Part shown: positions 38,645-48,554 of the stretch, one piece after another
Numbering within the stretch: position 1 is the stretch's first letter
How the letters are laid out: every line of letters begins with the position of its first letter
Assembly (NCBI GenBank): GCA_027485695.1
Contig: JAIXQO010000002.1
Coordinates: 602,006-666,005 of the forward strand
Source: Pseudomonadota bacterium
Lineage (GTDB): Bacteria > Bdellovibrionota > UBA1018
Direction of reading: 5' to 3'
Length of the DNA: 64,000 nt
The notes under the pieces: generated by a model
Database searches by the model: none
What the model was told of the DNA's origin: nothing
Seen by the model: the letters and a program-made list of their open reading frames with translations, nothing else
Program-made: the position numbers and the translations under genes

Positions 38645-40252
38645 CTAAGAGGAACAGGAGAGCATCGAACACCCCGGAGCGGTTTTAGCCCAATCTGGCC
38701 GTTTTGTGGCCAGATCATCCATTCCCGCTTGATCTTGATACGGGGACTGCAAGACACGGTAGAGTCGATCGATTCCCGAGTAGTCTCCCGCCGTCGCCGC
38801 CTCAATTGCGCGACTTGCGAGGTAGTTTCGAAAAACATATTTCGGATTCACTGAATTCATGAGCCGGGTCCGTGATTCGGGCTGAACACCCATTTCCCTC
38901 GAACGTTTACCGTATTCCCTGAGCCAAGCGATCCAGCGCGCGCGAACCCCTCGCTCGAATTGATCTCGATCATAAAACGCGTCTAGAAGCGGGCGAACCA
39001 AATTCTCATCTTCTTGATTTTCATCGATCGACACTTGAGCAAGCGAACGAAAGAATATCGTGTAGTCGGTATCCGTTGCTTGGAGGAGCGGAAACAACTC
39101 ACCGACGAACTCTCCGTGCCCATTTTGATCTAAGGACTCGGTCCAACCGATTTTAGACGCCATCATCGAACTATAGACGTCCCCAAACGTTTTCTGAAAA
39201 ACTCCGAGGCTCTCCTCAGCACGTTTTTCACTCCCAATGAGCGGAAGCCAAGCCTCGGCTAGGCGTGTGAGGTTCCAAAACACTATTTGAGGTTGATGGG
39301 AGAATCGGTAGCGACGGCCCTCGCGATCGGTGGTGTTCGGCGTCCAGTTCGGATCATAGGGTTCCAGCCACCCATAGGGCCCGTAATCAATCGTCAGCCC
39401 GAGAGCGGACATATTGTCGGTGTTGAGAACTCCGTGCACGAATCCCACACGCATCCACCCGGTCACCAAATGCGCGGTCCGGCGCGCGATTTCATCGAGG
39501 AGCAATCCATAACGGTCTTCACCGTTCGAATCAATTTCAGGATAGTGCTCGCGAAGCAGTTCGTCGGTGAGTATACGTAAGAGTTCCGGTTCCTCATGAG
39601 CGGTGAGAATCTCGAAATTTCCAAACCGAAGAAAAGATCTCGCCACCCGGCAAACAATCGCGCCAGGTTCGGCTGCAGGGTTTCCATCATAGAACATGTC
39701 GCGAACTACCGGATCACCGGTTGCAACCAGGCTGAGTGCGCGGGTGGTGGGTATTCCTAAAAAATGCATCGCCTCGCTACAGAGGTACTCCCGGACCGAA
39801 GACCTAAGAACGGCTCGACCATCGGCACGACGGGAGTAAGGTGTGGGTCCGGCGCCTTTGAGCTGGAATTCATACGCGCCTGCGTTCGGCGTCATCCCCT
39901 CTCCCAGCGTAATCGCCCGTCCATCGCCCAACTGATCAGCCCAATGACCGAACTGATGTCCGCCGTAACGATAGGCATACGGGCGCATACCAGGCAAAAT
40001 TCGATTTCCGGCCAAAACTGAGATCGTATCCGGGGCGGTCGCGGGAGCAATCCCCAGCTCCGCTCCTAACTGACCTGACCACGCGATCAATTTCGGTGCG
40101 CTGACAGGAGTGGGATTCACTTCGGAGTGCGTGATACGGCTCACTCTTCGAGTATAGTTCTCGGACATCGGATCGCCCGGCATCCGTTCGACGAATTGCG
40201 AACGCCAAGTCAGTTCCGAAAAATCTACGGGAGCATCTGCCATGGGAGTCAC
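38645..40252 (-). CDS. selO: protein adenylyltransferase SelO (YdiU)
   Basis: YGGHQFG, LGDGRA, QLKGAG.TPYSR.ADGRAVLRSS.RE, HGV.NTDN, DYGPYG, C-terminal SCSS. Confidence 0.96.
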   Translation of the reverse strand: MTPMADAPVDFSELTWRSQFVERMPGDPMSENYTRRVSRITHSEVNPTPVSAPKLIAWSGQLGAELGIAPATAPDTISVLAGNRILPGMRPYAYRYGGHQFGHWADQLGDGRAITLGEGMTPNAGAYEFQLKGAGPTPYSRRADGRAVLRSSVREYLCSEAMHFLGIPTTRALSLVATGDPVVRDMFYDGNPAAEPGAIVCRVARSFLRFGNFEILTAHEEPELLRILTDELLREHYPEIDSNGEDRYGLLLDEIARRTAHLVTGWMRVGFVHGVLNTDNMSALGLTIDYGPYGWLEPYDPNWTPNTTDREGRRYRFSHQPQIVFWNLTRLAEAWLPLIGSEKRAEESLGVFQKTFGDVYSSMMASKIGWTESLDQNGHGEFVGELFPLLQATDTDYTIFFRSLAQVSIDENQEDENLVRPLLDAFYDRDQFERGVRARWIAWLREYGKRSREMGVQPESRTRLMNSVNPKYVFRNYLASRAIEAATAGDYSGIDRLYRVLQSPYQDQAGMDDLATKRPDWAKTAPGCSMLSCSS

Positions 40253-40671
40253 TTCCGATCCACGATCATCACGGTCAAACGACTCACGCAGACCAAATCG
40301 CTGGTTTCGTTTTTGATCTCAATATTCCAGACGTGAACTGTTTTACCGACTCGTATCGGAGTCACTCGACCGATCACTTGCCCCGAGCGCACAGATCTCA
40401 AATGATTCGCATTGATCTCGACGCCGACCGGCATGGTGTTAGGAGACTTCATACAGAGAAATGAGGCAATGCTACCAAGACTCTCCGCGAGCGCCACGGA
40501 CGCTCCGCCATGAAGGAGCCCGGCCGGTTGGTGGGTCCGGTGGTCGACCGGCATCGTTGCAACCAGGTAATCGTCGCCGATTTCGGTGAACACCATACCG
40601 AGGTGGTCGCACATCGTGTTTTCACACTGTTTCTGTATGGCCTCAAGTGTCGGCTTTTTTGCCCAAATCAT
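40249..40671 (-). CDS. PaaI/MenI-type hotdog thioesterase
   Basis: QPAGLLHGGAS.ALAE, GVEINANH. Confidence 0.9.
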   Translation of the reverse strand: MIWAKKPTLEAIQKQCENTMCDHLGMVFTEIGDDYLVATMPVDHRTHQPAGLLHGGASVALAESLGSIASFLCMKSPNTMPVGVEINANHLRSVRSGQVIGRVTPIRVGKTVHVWNIEIKNETSDLVCVSRLTVMIVDRK

Positions 40672-40794
40672 AGACCTTAGTGTCCTGGATACGGCTCAAA
40701 AGTCCATTCGAATCGAGGTTTTCTGATCAAACCGAAACCTTCAGGTAATCGGTGCTTGAAACACCGTCCCGGGTGTTCTAATCCTGCGACACCT

Positions 40795-42123
40795 ATGGCG
40801 AATCGCAACTGGCTCTCCGTTGTTATCATTGGTTTCATGGTCCTCTCCGGTTGCGGTAAAAAGGCGGCTCCCTTTACCCCGATTTCCGCTAAGCCACCTC
40901 AAGCTCAAACCGAGCCCGCGCCACTCACCGCTCAAGTGAGTTGTGCGAACGATGATTGCGAATCCACGCTGGCGCTCGCTCTCACCCTAGAACCAAATGC
41001 GGGCGCAAAACCCATCGCCTGCTCGGCTACCCTCGTGGCAAATGACTTGATCGCGATTCCATCCGCTTGCCTGCCAGCGGATATTCGTGAACCGGGTAAA
41101 AGCTGCTTGAATCGCGCATTCTTCTTCTTTCCAAAAACCTCCGATGCCGATGCAGTTCGCGTCGGATGCACCCAGGTGGTCGAAGTTCGAACCACTCCTC
41201 AACTGAACGAAGCAGACTTCGCGATCGTTCGCATTTCCGATTCAGCAAAGCGATCTGCGCTCCGGCTATCCAATGATGGCTGGACCAGTTCAAGTTACAC
41301 CGTTTGGTCTCTCGAAGTGCAAGACGCTACGAAATCACCGATTCAAGCCGTCCAGAAGAAAACTTTTGGTACGCCTGCTTTCAAAACGGCGCTCACACCC
41401 ACATCCACCAAACAGGATAGCGCCGTGATGAGCCTCATCAAAACGGGCACCGAGAAATCGCTCCCCGGGGCGATCGCGCTGAATAGCGCTGGCGATGTGA
41501 TTGGAATCTTGAGAAATGCCACGGTCACTAAACTTCCTTACGACCAATTCGAGCGTGAGTTCCAGCCGCTGGCGATCGGCTCTCTGCTGGGTTGTTCGTC
41601 TACTCTGGTCGGATTGACAGCAGACTCTTGCCAAACGATTGCGACGGGTTCGATCGAGCTTTTCACCCAGTCACTGCGCGAGTCTGCTTACGAGTCGTTT
41701 TCGCCGCAGCTTCTCAAACAGTCGCAGCCGATTTTCAGTGACGAGATCAAGACACTTTTCCAGTGGAAGACTTTCGCTCAATCGTCCGTGGATTCCTCCG
41801 GTAAGAAACGTGTGTTCATCGTGCCCACGTGTTTCCAACCCGAGAAACTCTGGAGCTACAAATTCAAGCAGTTCTGGGGCGGCCTAAAAACTTCTGCAAC
41901 GGTTACCCAAGAAGTTCCGGTCTATACCGTCAGCGAAGGCTTGAACCGTTACTACCAACCCGAAGTTCGCATGGGGAATCATCACGTCTCGACGGTCAAT
42001 CTGAACATCGAGTTCAGCCCAGCAAATTTCGTCAAGACTAAGTCCTCCGAAGTCATCGTGTATACCGACTCCCGCATCAAGCCTCTCGAGAAATCCACGC
42101 TGCGCGCTTGCACGAGTCTGTAA
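40795..42123 (+). CDS. lipoprotein with degenerate trypsin-like domain
   Basis: Lipobox LSGC; CSATLV..DLI....ACLP, DFAIV, G.VIGI pattern; catalytic His and Ser motifs altered. Confidence 0.6.
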   Translation: MANRNWLSVVIIGFMVLSGCGKKAAPFTPISAKPPQAQTEPAPLTAQVSCANDDCESTLALALTLEPNAGAKPIACSATLVANDLIAIPSACLPADIREPGKSCLNRAFFFFPKTSDADAVRVGCTQVVEVRTTPQLNEADFAIVRISDSAKRSALRLSNDGWTSSSYTVWSLEVQDATKSPIQAVQKKTFGTPAFKTALTPTSTKQDSAVMSLIKTGTEKSLPGAIALNSAGDVIGILRNATVTKLPYDQFEREFQPLAIGSLLGCSSTLVGLTADSCQTIATGSIELFTQSLRESAYESFSPQLLKQSQPIFSDEIKTLFQWKTFAQSSVDSSGKKRVFIVPTCFQPEKLWSYKFKQFWGGLKTSATVTQEVPVYTVSEGLNRYYQPEVRMGNHHVSTVNLNIEFSPANFVKTKSSEVIVYTDSRIKPLEKSTLRACTSL

Positions 42124-42166
42124 GCGAATCTGGATCCCTGATTCCGACCCCAAGGTTTTTACAAAA

Positions 42167-42273
42167 GGCTTCTGAAAGTATTTGCGCGTCTGAAAAAGCG
42201 TGATGCGGTCGCGCCGACTGAGGCGCGATTTTCAGTAAGGCAGGAGCCTGGCAAGCAAATGCTTTTAGAAGCC
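42167..42273 (+). repeat. 107-bp inverted-repeat / structured element
   Basis: 19-nt terminal inverted repeats GGCTTCTGAAAGTATTTGC / GCAAATGCTTTTAGAAGCC enclosing nested stems. Confidence 0.7.
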
Positions 42274-42286
42274 GGCTAGAAGTCGC

Positions 42287-43585
42287 CTAAAATCCGCTCT
42301 GCTGCCCAAGCGCGATGACGATCACCGAAACGATCCCCACGCCCCAGAGCATCGGAGAGATTTCACGACGACGTCCGAAAATCGTGTAGAGCGTGACGTG
42401 GGAAATGAATCCCCAAAGGATCCCTTGCGTGATCGAGAATGTCAGCGGGATCAAAATGATCGTCAGAAAAGCAGGGATCACCTCCTCAAGTCGATCGAAC
42501 TTGAGCCGGGACACACTTCGGAACATCAATGAGCCAACGATGACCAGGACCGGCGCACAAGCGTAGGCAGGTACCATCCCCACCAGTGGCGCGATGAAGA
42601 AACACGGAAGAAAACAGAGCGCGGTGACGACCGCGGATCGTCCAGTACGTCCTCCGGCTTCGATGCCGGCGACGCTTTCGATGTAAGCGGTGCCCGGAGA
42701 GGTTCCGAATAAACTCGCTGAGAAGGTCGCAACCGCATCGACGAGCAAGCCCTCTTTCAAGCGTTTCGGATGCCCGTGTTCATCGACGAGGCCAGTCGCC
42801 TGAGAAACGCCGACAAACGTCGAGAGCGAGTCAAATAGATCCGTAAAAAAAATCGCCAAGATCGCGGGCAGAAACGCCATCTCCAGCGCCCCTCGTATAT
42901 CCATTTTGAAAAAGACGCTTTCGAAATCCGGCTTCGAGAAGAATGAGGTTGGTACCTGAATCTTACCAAACGCGAGAGCTGCCAGAGTCGCAGCCGCAAT
43001 ACCGGCCATGAACGCAAATGGGCTCTTACGTTCATGAAGTACGATGATGACCAGAAATCCTAAACCAGCAAATGCAGCCTCGGCGCCCAAATGTCCGAAC
43101 TTAACGAAGGTGGCAGGATCTGCAACGACGAGGCCCGCGTTCTTGAGCCCAATAAACGTGAGAAATAGCCCGATACCGGTAGCGGCTGCCGTACGTAGTT
43201 GATCGGGAATCGCTCGCACCAGAGACGCTCGAACCGGTGTGACGGAAGTCAGGATAAAAAGTACACCCGCCCAGAACACCATTCCGAGCGCAATCTGCCA
43301 CGGGATCTGATGCCCCAGAATGAGAGAGAAAGTGAAAAACGCGTTGATCCCCATCCCGGGAGCGACCCCGAACGGGAGTTTCGCGTAGAGTCCCATCAAT
43401 AGAGTCATCGAACTCGCGAGAAGAACTGTTGCGGTCATGACGCCTGAGAACGCCATCCCCGTGCCTTCGGTCGCCAAGATCGACGGGTTCACGACGAGGA
43501 TGTACGCCATCGTGAGAAAAGTCGTTACGCCGCCCAACAGATCTTTTTTAAGTGAATCGCTCTGCATATGAGCCGATTGTGACAT
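42287..43585 (-). CDS. NCS2/AzgA-family purine permease
   Basis: TTFLTMAYI.VVNP, APGMG.NAFF, YIES.AG..AGGRTG, PLTFSI. Confidence 0.92.
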   Translation of the reverse strand: MSQSAHMQSDSLKKDLLGGVTTFLTMAYILVVNPSILATEGTGMAFSGVMTATVLLASSMTLLMGLYAKLPFGVAPGMGINAFFTFSLILGHQIPWQIALGMVFWAGVLFILTSVTPVRASLVRAIPDQLRTAAATGIGLFLTFIGLKNAGLVVADPATFVKFGHLGAEAAFAGLGFLVIIVLHERKSPFAFMAGIAAATLAALAFGKIQVPTSFFSKPDFESVFFKMDIRGALEMAFLPAILAIFFTDLFDSLSTFVGVSQATGLVDEHGHPKRLKEGLLVDAVATFSASLFGTSPGTAYIESVAGIEAGGRTGRSAVVTALCFLPCFFIAPLVGMVPAYACAPVLVIVGSLMFRSVSRLKFDRLEEVIPAFLTIILIPLTFSITQGILWGFISHVTLYTIFGRRREISPMLWGVGIVSVIVIALGQQSGF

Positions 43586-43624
43586 GAAACGAGCCGCGTG
43601 ATCGACAGATTCTTTGGTCGAAAA

Positions 43625-44773
43625 TCAATCGGTCGATAGGATCGCTGTTTCGCAGCTTTTTTCCGTGAGAGGAGTAGAGCGCGGCCCACGAAAACATCGG
43701 AACGCATTCAGTCTGTGCTCAAGCGCGATCAAGATCTCCGAACCTCCGTCGACCAGAGACAAATAAGTCAGCTCTCCATCGAAACTGATGTCCCGCACTG
43801 TCAAGCTCCACCACTCTTGATCGCGTCTCGCCGTAAAATCAGCCCAACCTAAAAAGAATTTCTTCCGGTCAGCCCGAAACAATTGGAGGATTTTTTCGCG
43901 CGCCGGAGCCGACAAACTTAAAATACGGCGTAGGAACGAGAACGACGACCATTGCTTGCGGTATTCGAGGTCCGTCAATAACAGGTACCCCTGGTTCGGG
44001 AGCACATCCCGCGAAACGCTGGCAAAATGGCGCGTATCGAGGATCATCCCGCGCTTCTTAAGCACCGGATCCGGGTCATTCGAGATCAACTCCATCTGAG
44101 CGCGAATGGAATCAGCCACAGGAAAAAGGGTCAACTCCGCGCGAGTCAGGGCCGAGGAGTCATCGAGCGCGAGCTTGAGTACCCGGATCGTCTCCAGATA
44201 TTCGATGTACACATAGTCGACCAAACTCACGAGCAGTCCGCGATGACGGCGCGGCATCTGATCAAAAATATTGTTACCCGGCTGGGTGATCACTCGAGTT
44301 TGCGGAAACACTTCAGGAAAATAGCGCGCGAAAGGATACTGATGGTAGAACCCCGAGTGCACGACGTGACGATTCTCTCGTCCCGATGCACAAGTCGCAA
44401 AATCAGTAACCGACGGTGAATTATTCAAACGAATATCTACGGCACTCGCGTCCCCTGCAAGAGCCTGAAACACTGGTGTCTCGAGAGATGAAGCTATTTG
44501 CTCCGAGCAAAACCGCGTTGGCGCTCTTTTTGCGTCGAATGCGGCAAAAAGCTGCGCATAGATCGGAAAAGTCGACTCAGACTCTAAATGACTCTCGCCC
44601 GTTGAGAGGTACGCTCTCTGGAGTGCTCCGTGCGTTTCTATTTCCCGGAGCAGCTCGGGAAACTTCTTGGCTACGACTGAACGATCCACTTGTTCAAAAA
44701 ACCCCACCGCTCCGTAAGACGGAGCGATCGAGGAAACTAAAATCGCCGTAATTCCAAATAGCCATTTTTTCAT
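43625..44773 (-). CDS. secreted hypothetical protein
   Basis: Signal peptide MKKWLF...SYG-A; no family recognised. Confidence 0.6.
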   Translation of the reverse strand: MKKWLFGITAILVSSIAPSYGAVGFFEQVDRSVVAKKFPELLREIETHGALQRAYLSTGESHLESESTFPIYAQLFAAFDAKRAPTRFCSEQIASSLETPVFQALAGDASAVDIRLNNSPSVTDFATCASGRENRHVVHSGFYHQYPFARYFPEVFPQTRVITQPGNNIFDQMPRRHRGLLVSLVDYVYIEYLETIRVLKLALDDSSALTRAELTLFPVADSIRAQMELISNDPDPVLKKRGMILDTRHFASVSRDVLPNQGYLLLTDLEYRKQWSSFSFLRRILSLSAPAREKILQLFRADRKKFFLGWADFTARRDQEWWSLTVRDISFDGELTYLSLVDGGSEILIALEHRLNAFRCFRGPRSTPLTEKSCETAILSTD

Positions 44774-44797
44774 CGATCCCCCCCGGAATCAGAAAAA

Positions 44798-45628
44798 TTA
44801 GAACGAATAGCCGAGCTGAACTTTAAATAGGGCGAAAGTGGGAACCTTGCGGATCAGATCGAACACGTCATTGACGTCGTCGCGCTTGGCTCCATTGGTA
44901 TTCGTCGTGAGATAAGGCGCGTCGGCTTGAATCGTTTTCAGTGGAATCGCGATCGTGAACCAGTCGACTCCAATTCCCCAACCGCTCTTGAATTGCCATC
45001 GGTTTCCGATGCCGCCTACGATCCCCCAAGTACGGATCTGCACGAGGTCGATGCCTTGGATCGGAGAATTCGGGACGAGAGCCAAGTAGGTGTTCCCGAG
45101 TCGCGCTTTGAACGTGTGATAGAATGCGCCGGCGAAAAAATGGAAACTATTGCGAGTCGAATACGATCGATAGAGGAGCGAGAGTTTCTGCTCGATCATT
45201 TCTCCGATATCAATGACGAAGAACTTGAGCGGGATCGAACCGCGCATGTACTCGAGTTCCCAGGTCGATTCGACCGAGGAATTGAACGAAACGCTGGCGC
45301 CGTACTTAGAAGGAATCCAGGTTTCGACGGGCGAGTATTTTCCAGAAAGCGTCCACTTGGATTTAGCGCGGTACATACGCGTTTCATCCAGTGTATTCGA
45401 AACGGTCTCGGCTGCTTCTTTGCCCCCTTGAAAAACGTCATTGCCGTATCCGCGAACGCGGTCTAGGAGCGAAGGTGACCCACTTGCAGGAGCCGTGGAT
45501 TCAGCATTTTCAGACGGCTCGGTGGTTTCGACCTCCGACTGAGTTTCCGTTTCCGAGCGAGCTTCGACACCACCTAAAAACAAACAGGCTACCACAGCAG
45601 GTAGCCACCAAAGACGTTTCTTGAACAT
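44798..45628 (-). CDS. outer-membrane beta-barrel protein
   Basis: Signal peptide; amphipathic beta strands; C-terminal QLGYSF BAM-type signal. Confidence 0.75.
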   Translation of the reverse strand: MFKKRLWWLPAVVACLFLGGVEARSETETQSEVETTEPSENAESTAPASGSPSLLDRVRGYGNDVFQGGKEAAETVSNTLDETRMYRAKSKWTLSGKYSPVETWIPSKYGASVSFNSSVESTWELEYMRGSIPLKFFVIDIGEMIEQKLSLLYRSYSTRNSFHFFAGAFYHTFKARLGNTYLALVPNSPIQGIDLVQIRTWGIVGGIGNRWQFKSGWGIGVDWFTIAIPLKTIQADAPYLTTNTNGAKRDDVNDVFDLIRKVPTFALFKVQLGYSF

Positions 45629-45667
45629 CGTAAAAAACTATCTCAAGAGAGTGGAACCCCCAAGCTG

Positions 45668-45707
45668 TTTCTACTGCGCGATGCTTCGTAGCTGGGCGCA
45701 GTAGAAA
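45668..45707. terminator. stem-loop downstream of pirin (possible terminator)
   Basis: TTTCTACTGCGC/GCGCAGTAGAAA 12-bp inverted repeat. Confidence 0.45.
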
Positions 45708-45723
45708 TACAACACCTGATCAA

Positions 45724-46599
45724 TTACGATTTCGCGGCATGCAGTCGGCCCATCTTGCCGCTTTCATAGTCCTCGAAGGCTTGGCGGATTTCCGCTTCTG
45801 TATTCATGACAAACGGACCGTAACCCACAATCGGTTCACCGAGTGGCTCGCCGCTCAAAAACAGCAAAGTCGAGTCTTCGAGCGCCTGAAAAACTAAGCG
45901 ATCGCCTTCGCGTTCAAACGCGACGAGCCGCGCCTCACCGATGGCTTCACCCGTTTCAGTTTTCACTTGTCCTTTGAGCACAAACAACGCTGTCGTCCAA
46001 CCGACCGTAGCTGGCAATTCGACGGTCGCACCTGCTCGGACTCTCAGATCCCAAACTTGCATCGGACTGAAGGTTCGCGCAGGTCCAGATTTATCCAGAT
46101 ATTTACCAGCGATGATCCGCGCAGTTCCAGCCTGATTCGGCAGCTCAACGCGCGGGATGTCGGCGTTAACGATGCCTTGGTATCCAGCCGGTGCCATCTT
46201 ATCTTTTTTCGGAAGGTTCACCCAGAGCTGGATCATTTCGAATGCGCCACCATTTTTGGCCCACTCCGTTCCATGAAACTCTTCGTGAACGATTCCCGAG
46301 GCGGCGGTCATCCACTGCACATCGCCCGGACCGATTTTTCCGCCGCCCCCGGAGGAATCCCGGTGCTCGACTTCGCCTGAATAGACGATGGTCACGGTCT
46401 CAAAACCTCGATGCGGATGTGCTCCGACACCTCGACGGTGCGTCGTCGGCGGAAACACCACCGGACCCGCGTAGTCCATCAGCAAAAAAGGCGAGAGTTC
46501 GTGTGCGGCATCATTGTAGGAGAAAATCCCGCGAACGGGAAATCCGTCTCCTACCCAGTGTCGATTCGGGCTATGACGGGTAAATGCGACTTTTTTCAT
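45724..46599 (-). CDS. pirin family protein
   Basis: PFLLMD, HPHRGFETVT, QWMTA.SGI.HEE, QLWVNLP, GPFVMN. Confidence 0.95.
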   Translation of the reverse strand: MKKVAFTRHSPNRHWVGDGFPVRGIFSYNDAAHELSPFLLMDYAGPVVFPPTTHRRGVGAHPHRGFETVTIVYSGEVEHRDSSGGGGKIGPGDVQWMTAASGIVHEEFHGTEWAKNGGAFEMIQLWVNLPKKDKMAPAGYQGIVNADIPRVELPNQAGTARIIAGKYLDKSGPARTFSPMQVWDLRVRAGATVELPATVGWTTALFVLKGQVKTETGEAIGEARLVAFEREGDRLVFQALEDSTLLFLSGEPLGEPIVGYGPFVMNTEAEIRQAFEDYESGKMGRLHAAKS

Positions 46600-46685
46600 A
46601 AAGGTGTTCTCCTGAATCCATCTTGAAACCTTCTCTAAGAATAGTCCAAATCAGGCCCTCTGATTAGATCGTGAAATCCGAATAG

Positions 46686-46707
46686 ATTATGCACCCATTT
46701 GCATAAT
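46686..46707. promoter_or_regulatory. palindromic putative transcription-factor site
   Basis: ATTATGCA-N6-TGCATAAT between divergent pirin and SRPBCC genes. Confidence 0.45.
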
Positions 46708-46768
46708 GAATTTAATTGCGCCAAGCCCCACTCACCCAGTTAGATAGAGAGCAATCGGAGATGATGAG

Positions 46769-47311
46769 ATGGCTTGGAAAATCGTGGGTGCGATCGTATT
46801 TCTTTTCGCGTTTTCTATCGGCGTTGCGTGGACGGTGCCCAGTGTTGTTCATGTCGAACGCTCATTCCCTGCGCCAGTGAGTCAGGTTTGGAAAACCTGG
46901 ACGGATTCGGAATCCATGAAAAACTGGTGGAGCCCCAAAGACTACACCGCTCCCGTGATTGAGAGCGATTTCCGAGTCGATGGCAAATTCCTCTACGCCA
47001 TGAAATCACCGAGCGGCACGATGCATTGGAATGCCGGTCGCTATACGGTCATCGAACCTGAGAAAAAAATTGTGAGCTTGATGAGTTTTTCCGATGAAAA
47101 CGGGAAAATCCTCACCGGTTCCGCGATCCCAGTTCCAGGAACCTGGCCGGACGAAATCCAGGTCACCGCTGAATTCACCAGTGACGCTCAAAAAACCACC
47201 ATCAAAATCAAAGAATCGGGCATACCGCTCTTGATGAGCCTATTCGCAAAAATGGGCTGGGAGCAGCAATTCGACAAGCTTGAGCGACTCTTAGGCGTTC
47301 CACAGTCGTGA
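46769..47311 (+). CDS. SRPBCC/AHSA1 domain protein
   Basis: R.F.AP...VW..WT, WW.P, D.R..G, GW...DKL. Confidence 0.85.
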   Translation: MAWKIVGAIVFLFAFSIGVAWTVPSVVHVERSFPAPVSQVWKTWTDSESMKNWWSPKDYTAPVIESDFRVDGKFLYAMKSPSGTMHWNAGRYTVIEPEKKIVSLMSFSDENGKILTGSAIPVPGTWPDEIQVTAEFTSDAQKTTIKIKESGIPLLMSLFAKMGWEQQFDKLERLLGVPQS

Positions 47312-47363
47312 TCAACTAGACTGTTTTGACCGGTGAACACGAACGCTGATAGACTCCTCGACC

Positions 47364-48548
47364 ATGACGTCAGGCGTTCGTTCACGACTCTGTTCTTTGG
47401 CCATATTAGCAAGCCTCACCTGGGCACCGAACTCGTTCTCGGAAACGCCGACCGAGCGACTGGCTCGCCTCTATCCGCAACTCAGCCCCGCCGAACTTCG
47501 CGAAAAAATACGAGTGACTCGGACTCCTTTCGAATTCTATCGATCCTTTGTCGCTCTCTTCTACGATGAGTTGGGAGCCACTCCACTCACCGGGACGACT
47601 TTTGCGGCGATCGCAAACGACACTGGTGTCTGCATCGGAGATGCACATCCCGAGAATTTCGGTGTGATCCTGAACGATCGTGGTGAGAGCGTGTTTACCG
47701 TGAACGACGTGGATGATGCGACCCCGGGACCGATCTTCAGTGATTTCCTGAGACTTCTTGCCGGAATCTCGATCTACTCTCCATCTACTCCGCTTACCCC
47801 ACTCGTGCAAACATACGTAGACGCACTTCAAGGACGGATGGCGCCCACATCTACTCTGGTAGCAGCCGCCATCCAAAAAAGTCAGTCCAAAGGTTTTTCT
47901 ATCGCACGAAAAGAACTGCGTTCCGATAGTGAACTCAAACGCGATGCCACCGCCAATGAACTGAGTCCCGCAGAACGGAACGCGCTCGTCTCAGCGCTCG
48001 CTCCGATCGGTCTCACACTCGTCGATGCCTACCGCTATAAACGCCTCAAGGGCGGCTCGTTCGGAACGACAAGAATCCCGACCCTCGTGGACTCTGCACC
48101 GGGATCCACCTGGGGTGGTAAACGCCTCCTGGTCGAGTTCAAGAGTCTATTCCCCTCGAGTGTGGGTGCGTTCATTCCACCGACACTCATTCCCGATGCC
48201 AGGGTTCGAGTGCCACAAGCATTGACGCTTTTTCAAAGACCTTACGGCGTTTCTCAGATTTTCCGAGTTCTCTCGATGCAAGGTGTGACGTTTCTCCAGC
48301 GCCCGCGGTGGTCCGGAAATGTGGATGTTGAGCTCGATGATTGGTCAGGGATTGCGTCGGCATCTGCAATGCTCGCGCTCTATCAAAACGAAGCAGCCGT
48401 GATCGGACGCATTCACCGCGAGGGCGCTCGTTTTCCCACCGATTACATCACGCACGCCGTTCAACTATCTCCCCAAGACTGGGTGACTCGCGCTCAGCAG
48501 CTCGCGGAGCGGATCCAAACAACCTACCAAGCGGTTCGCATTCCCTAA
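47364..48548 (+). CDS. DUF2252-like (kinase-fold) protein with signal peptide
   Basis: PFEFYR, GDAHPENFG, NDVDD, G.FG..R, LVEFK. Confidence 0.7.
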   Translation: MTSGVRSRLCSLAILASLTWAPNSFSETPTERLARLYPQLSPAELREKIRVTRTPFEFYRSFVALFYDELGATPLTGTTFAAIANDTGVCIGDAHPENFGVILNDRGESVFTVNDVDDATPGPIFSDFLRLLAGISIYSPSTPLTPLVQTYVDALQGRMAPTSTLVAAAIQKSQSKGFSIARKELRSDSELKRDATANELSPAERNALVSALAPIGLTLVDAYRYKRLKGGSFGTTRIPTLVDSAPGSTWGGKRLLVEFKSLFPSSVGAFIPPTLIPDARVRVPQALTLFQRPYGVSQIFRVLSMQGVTFLQRPRWSGNVDVELDDWSGIASASAMLALYQNEAAVIGRIHREGARFPTDYITHAVQLSPQDWVTRAQQLAERIQTTYQAVRIP

Positions 48549-48554
48549 GAAGGG

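Noticed and set aside
38645-38670. Possible selenocysteine at the SelO C-terminus
   Set aside because: The protein ends CSMLSCSS with a TAG stop; no in-frame TGA
43586-43624. Purine riboswitch upstream of the NCS2 permease; preQ1 riboswitch upstream of queC
   Set aside because: The leader is only about 39 nt with no motif, and the queC start overlaps the upstream gene
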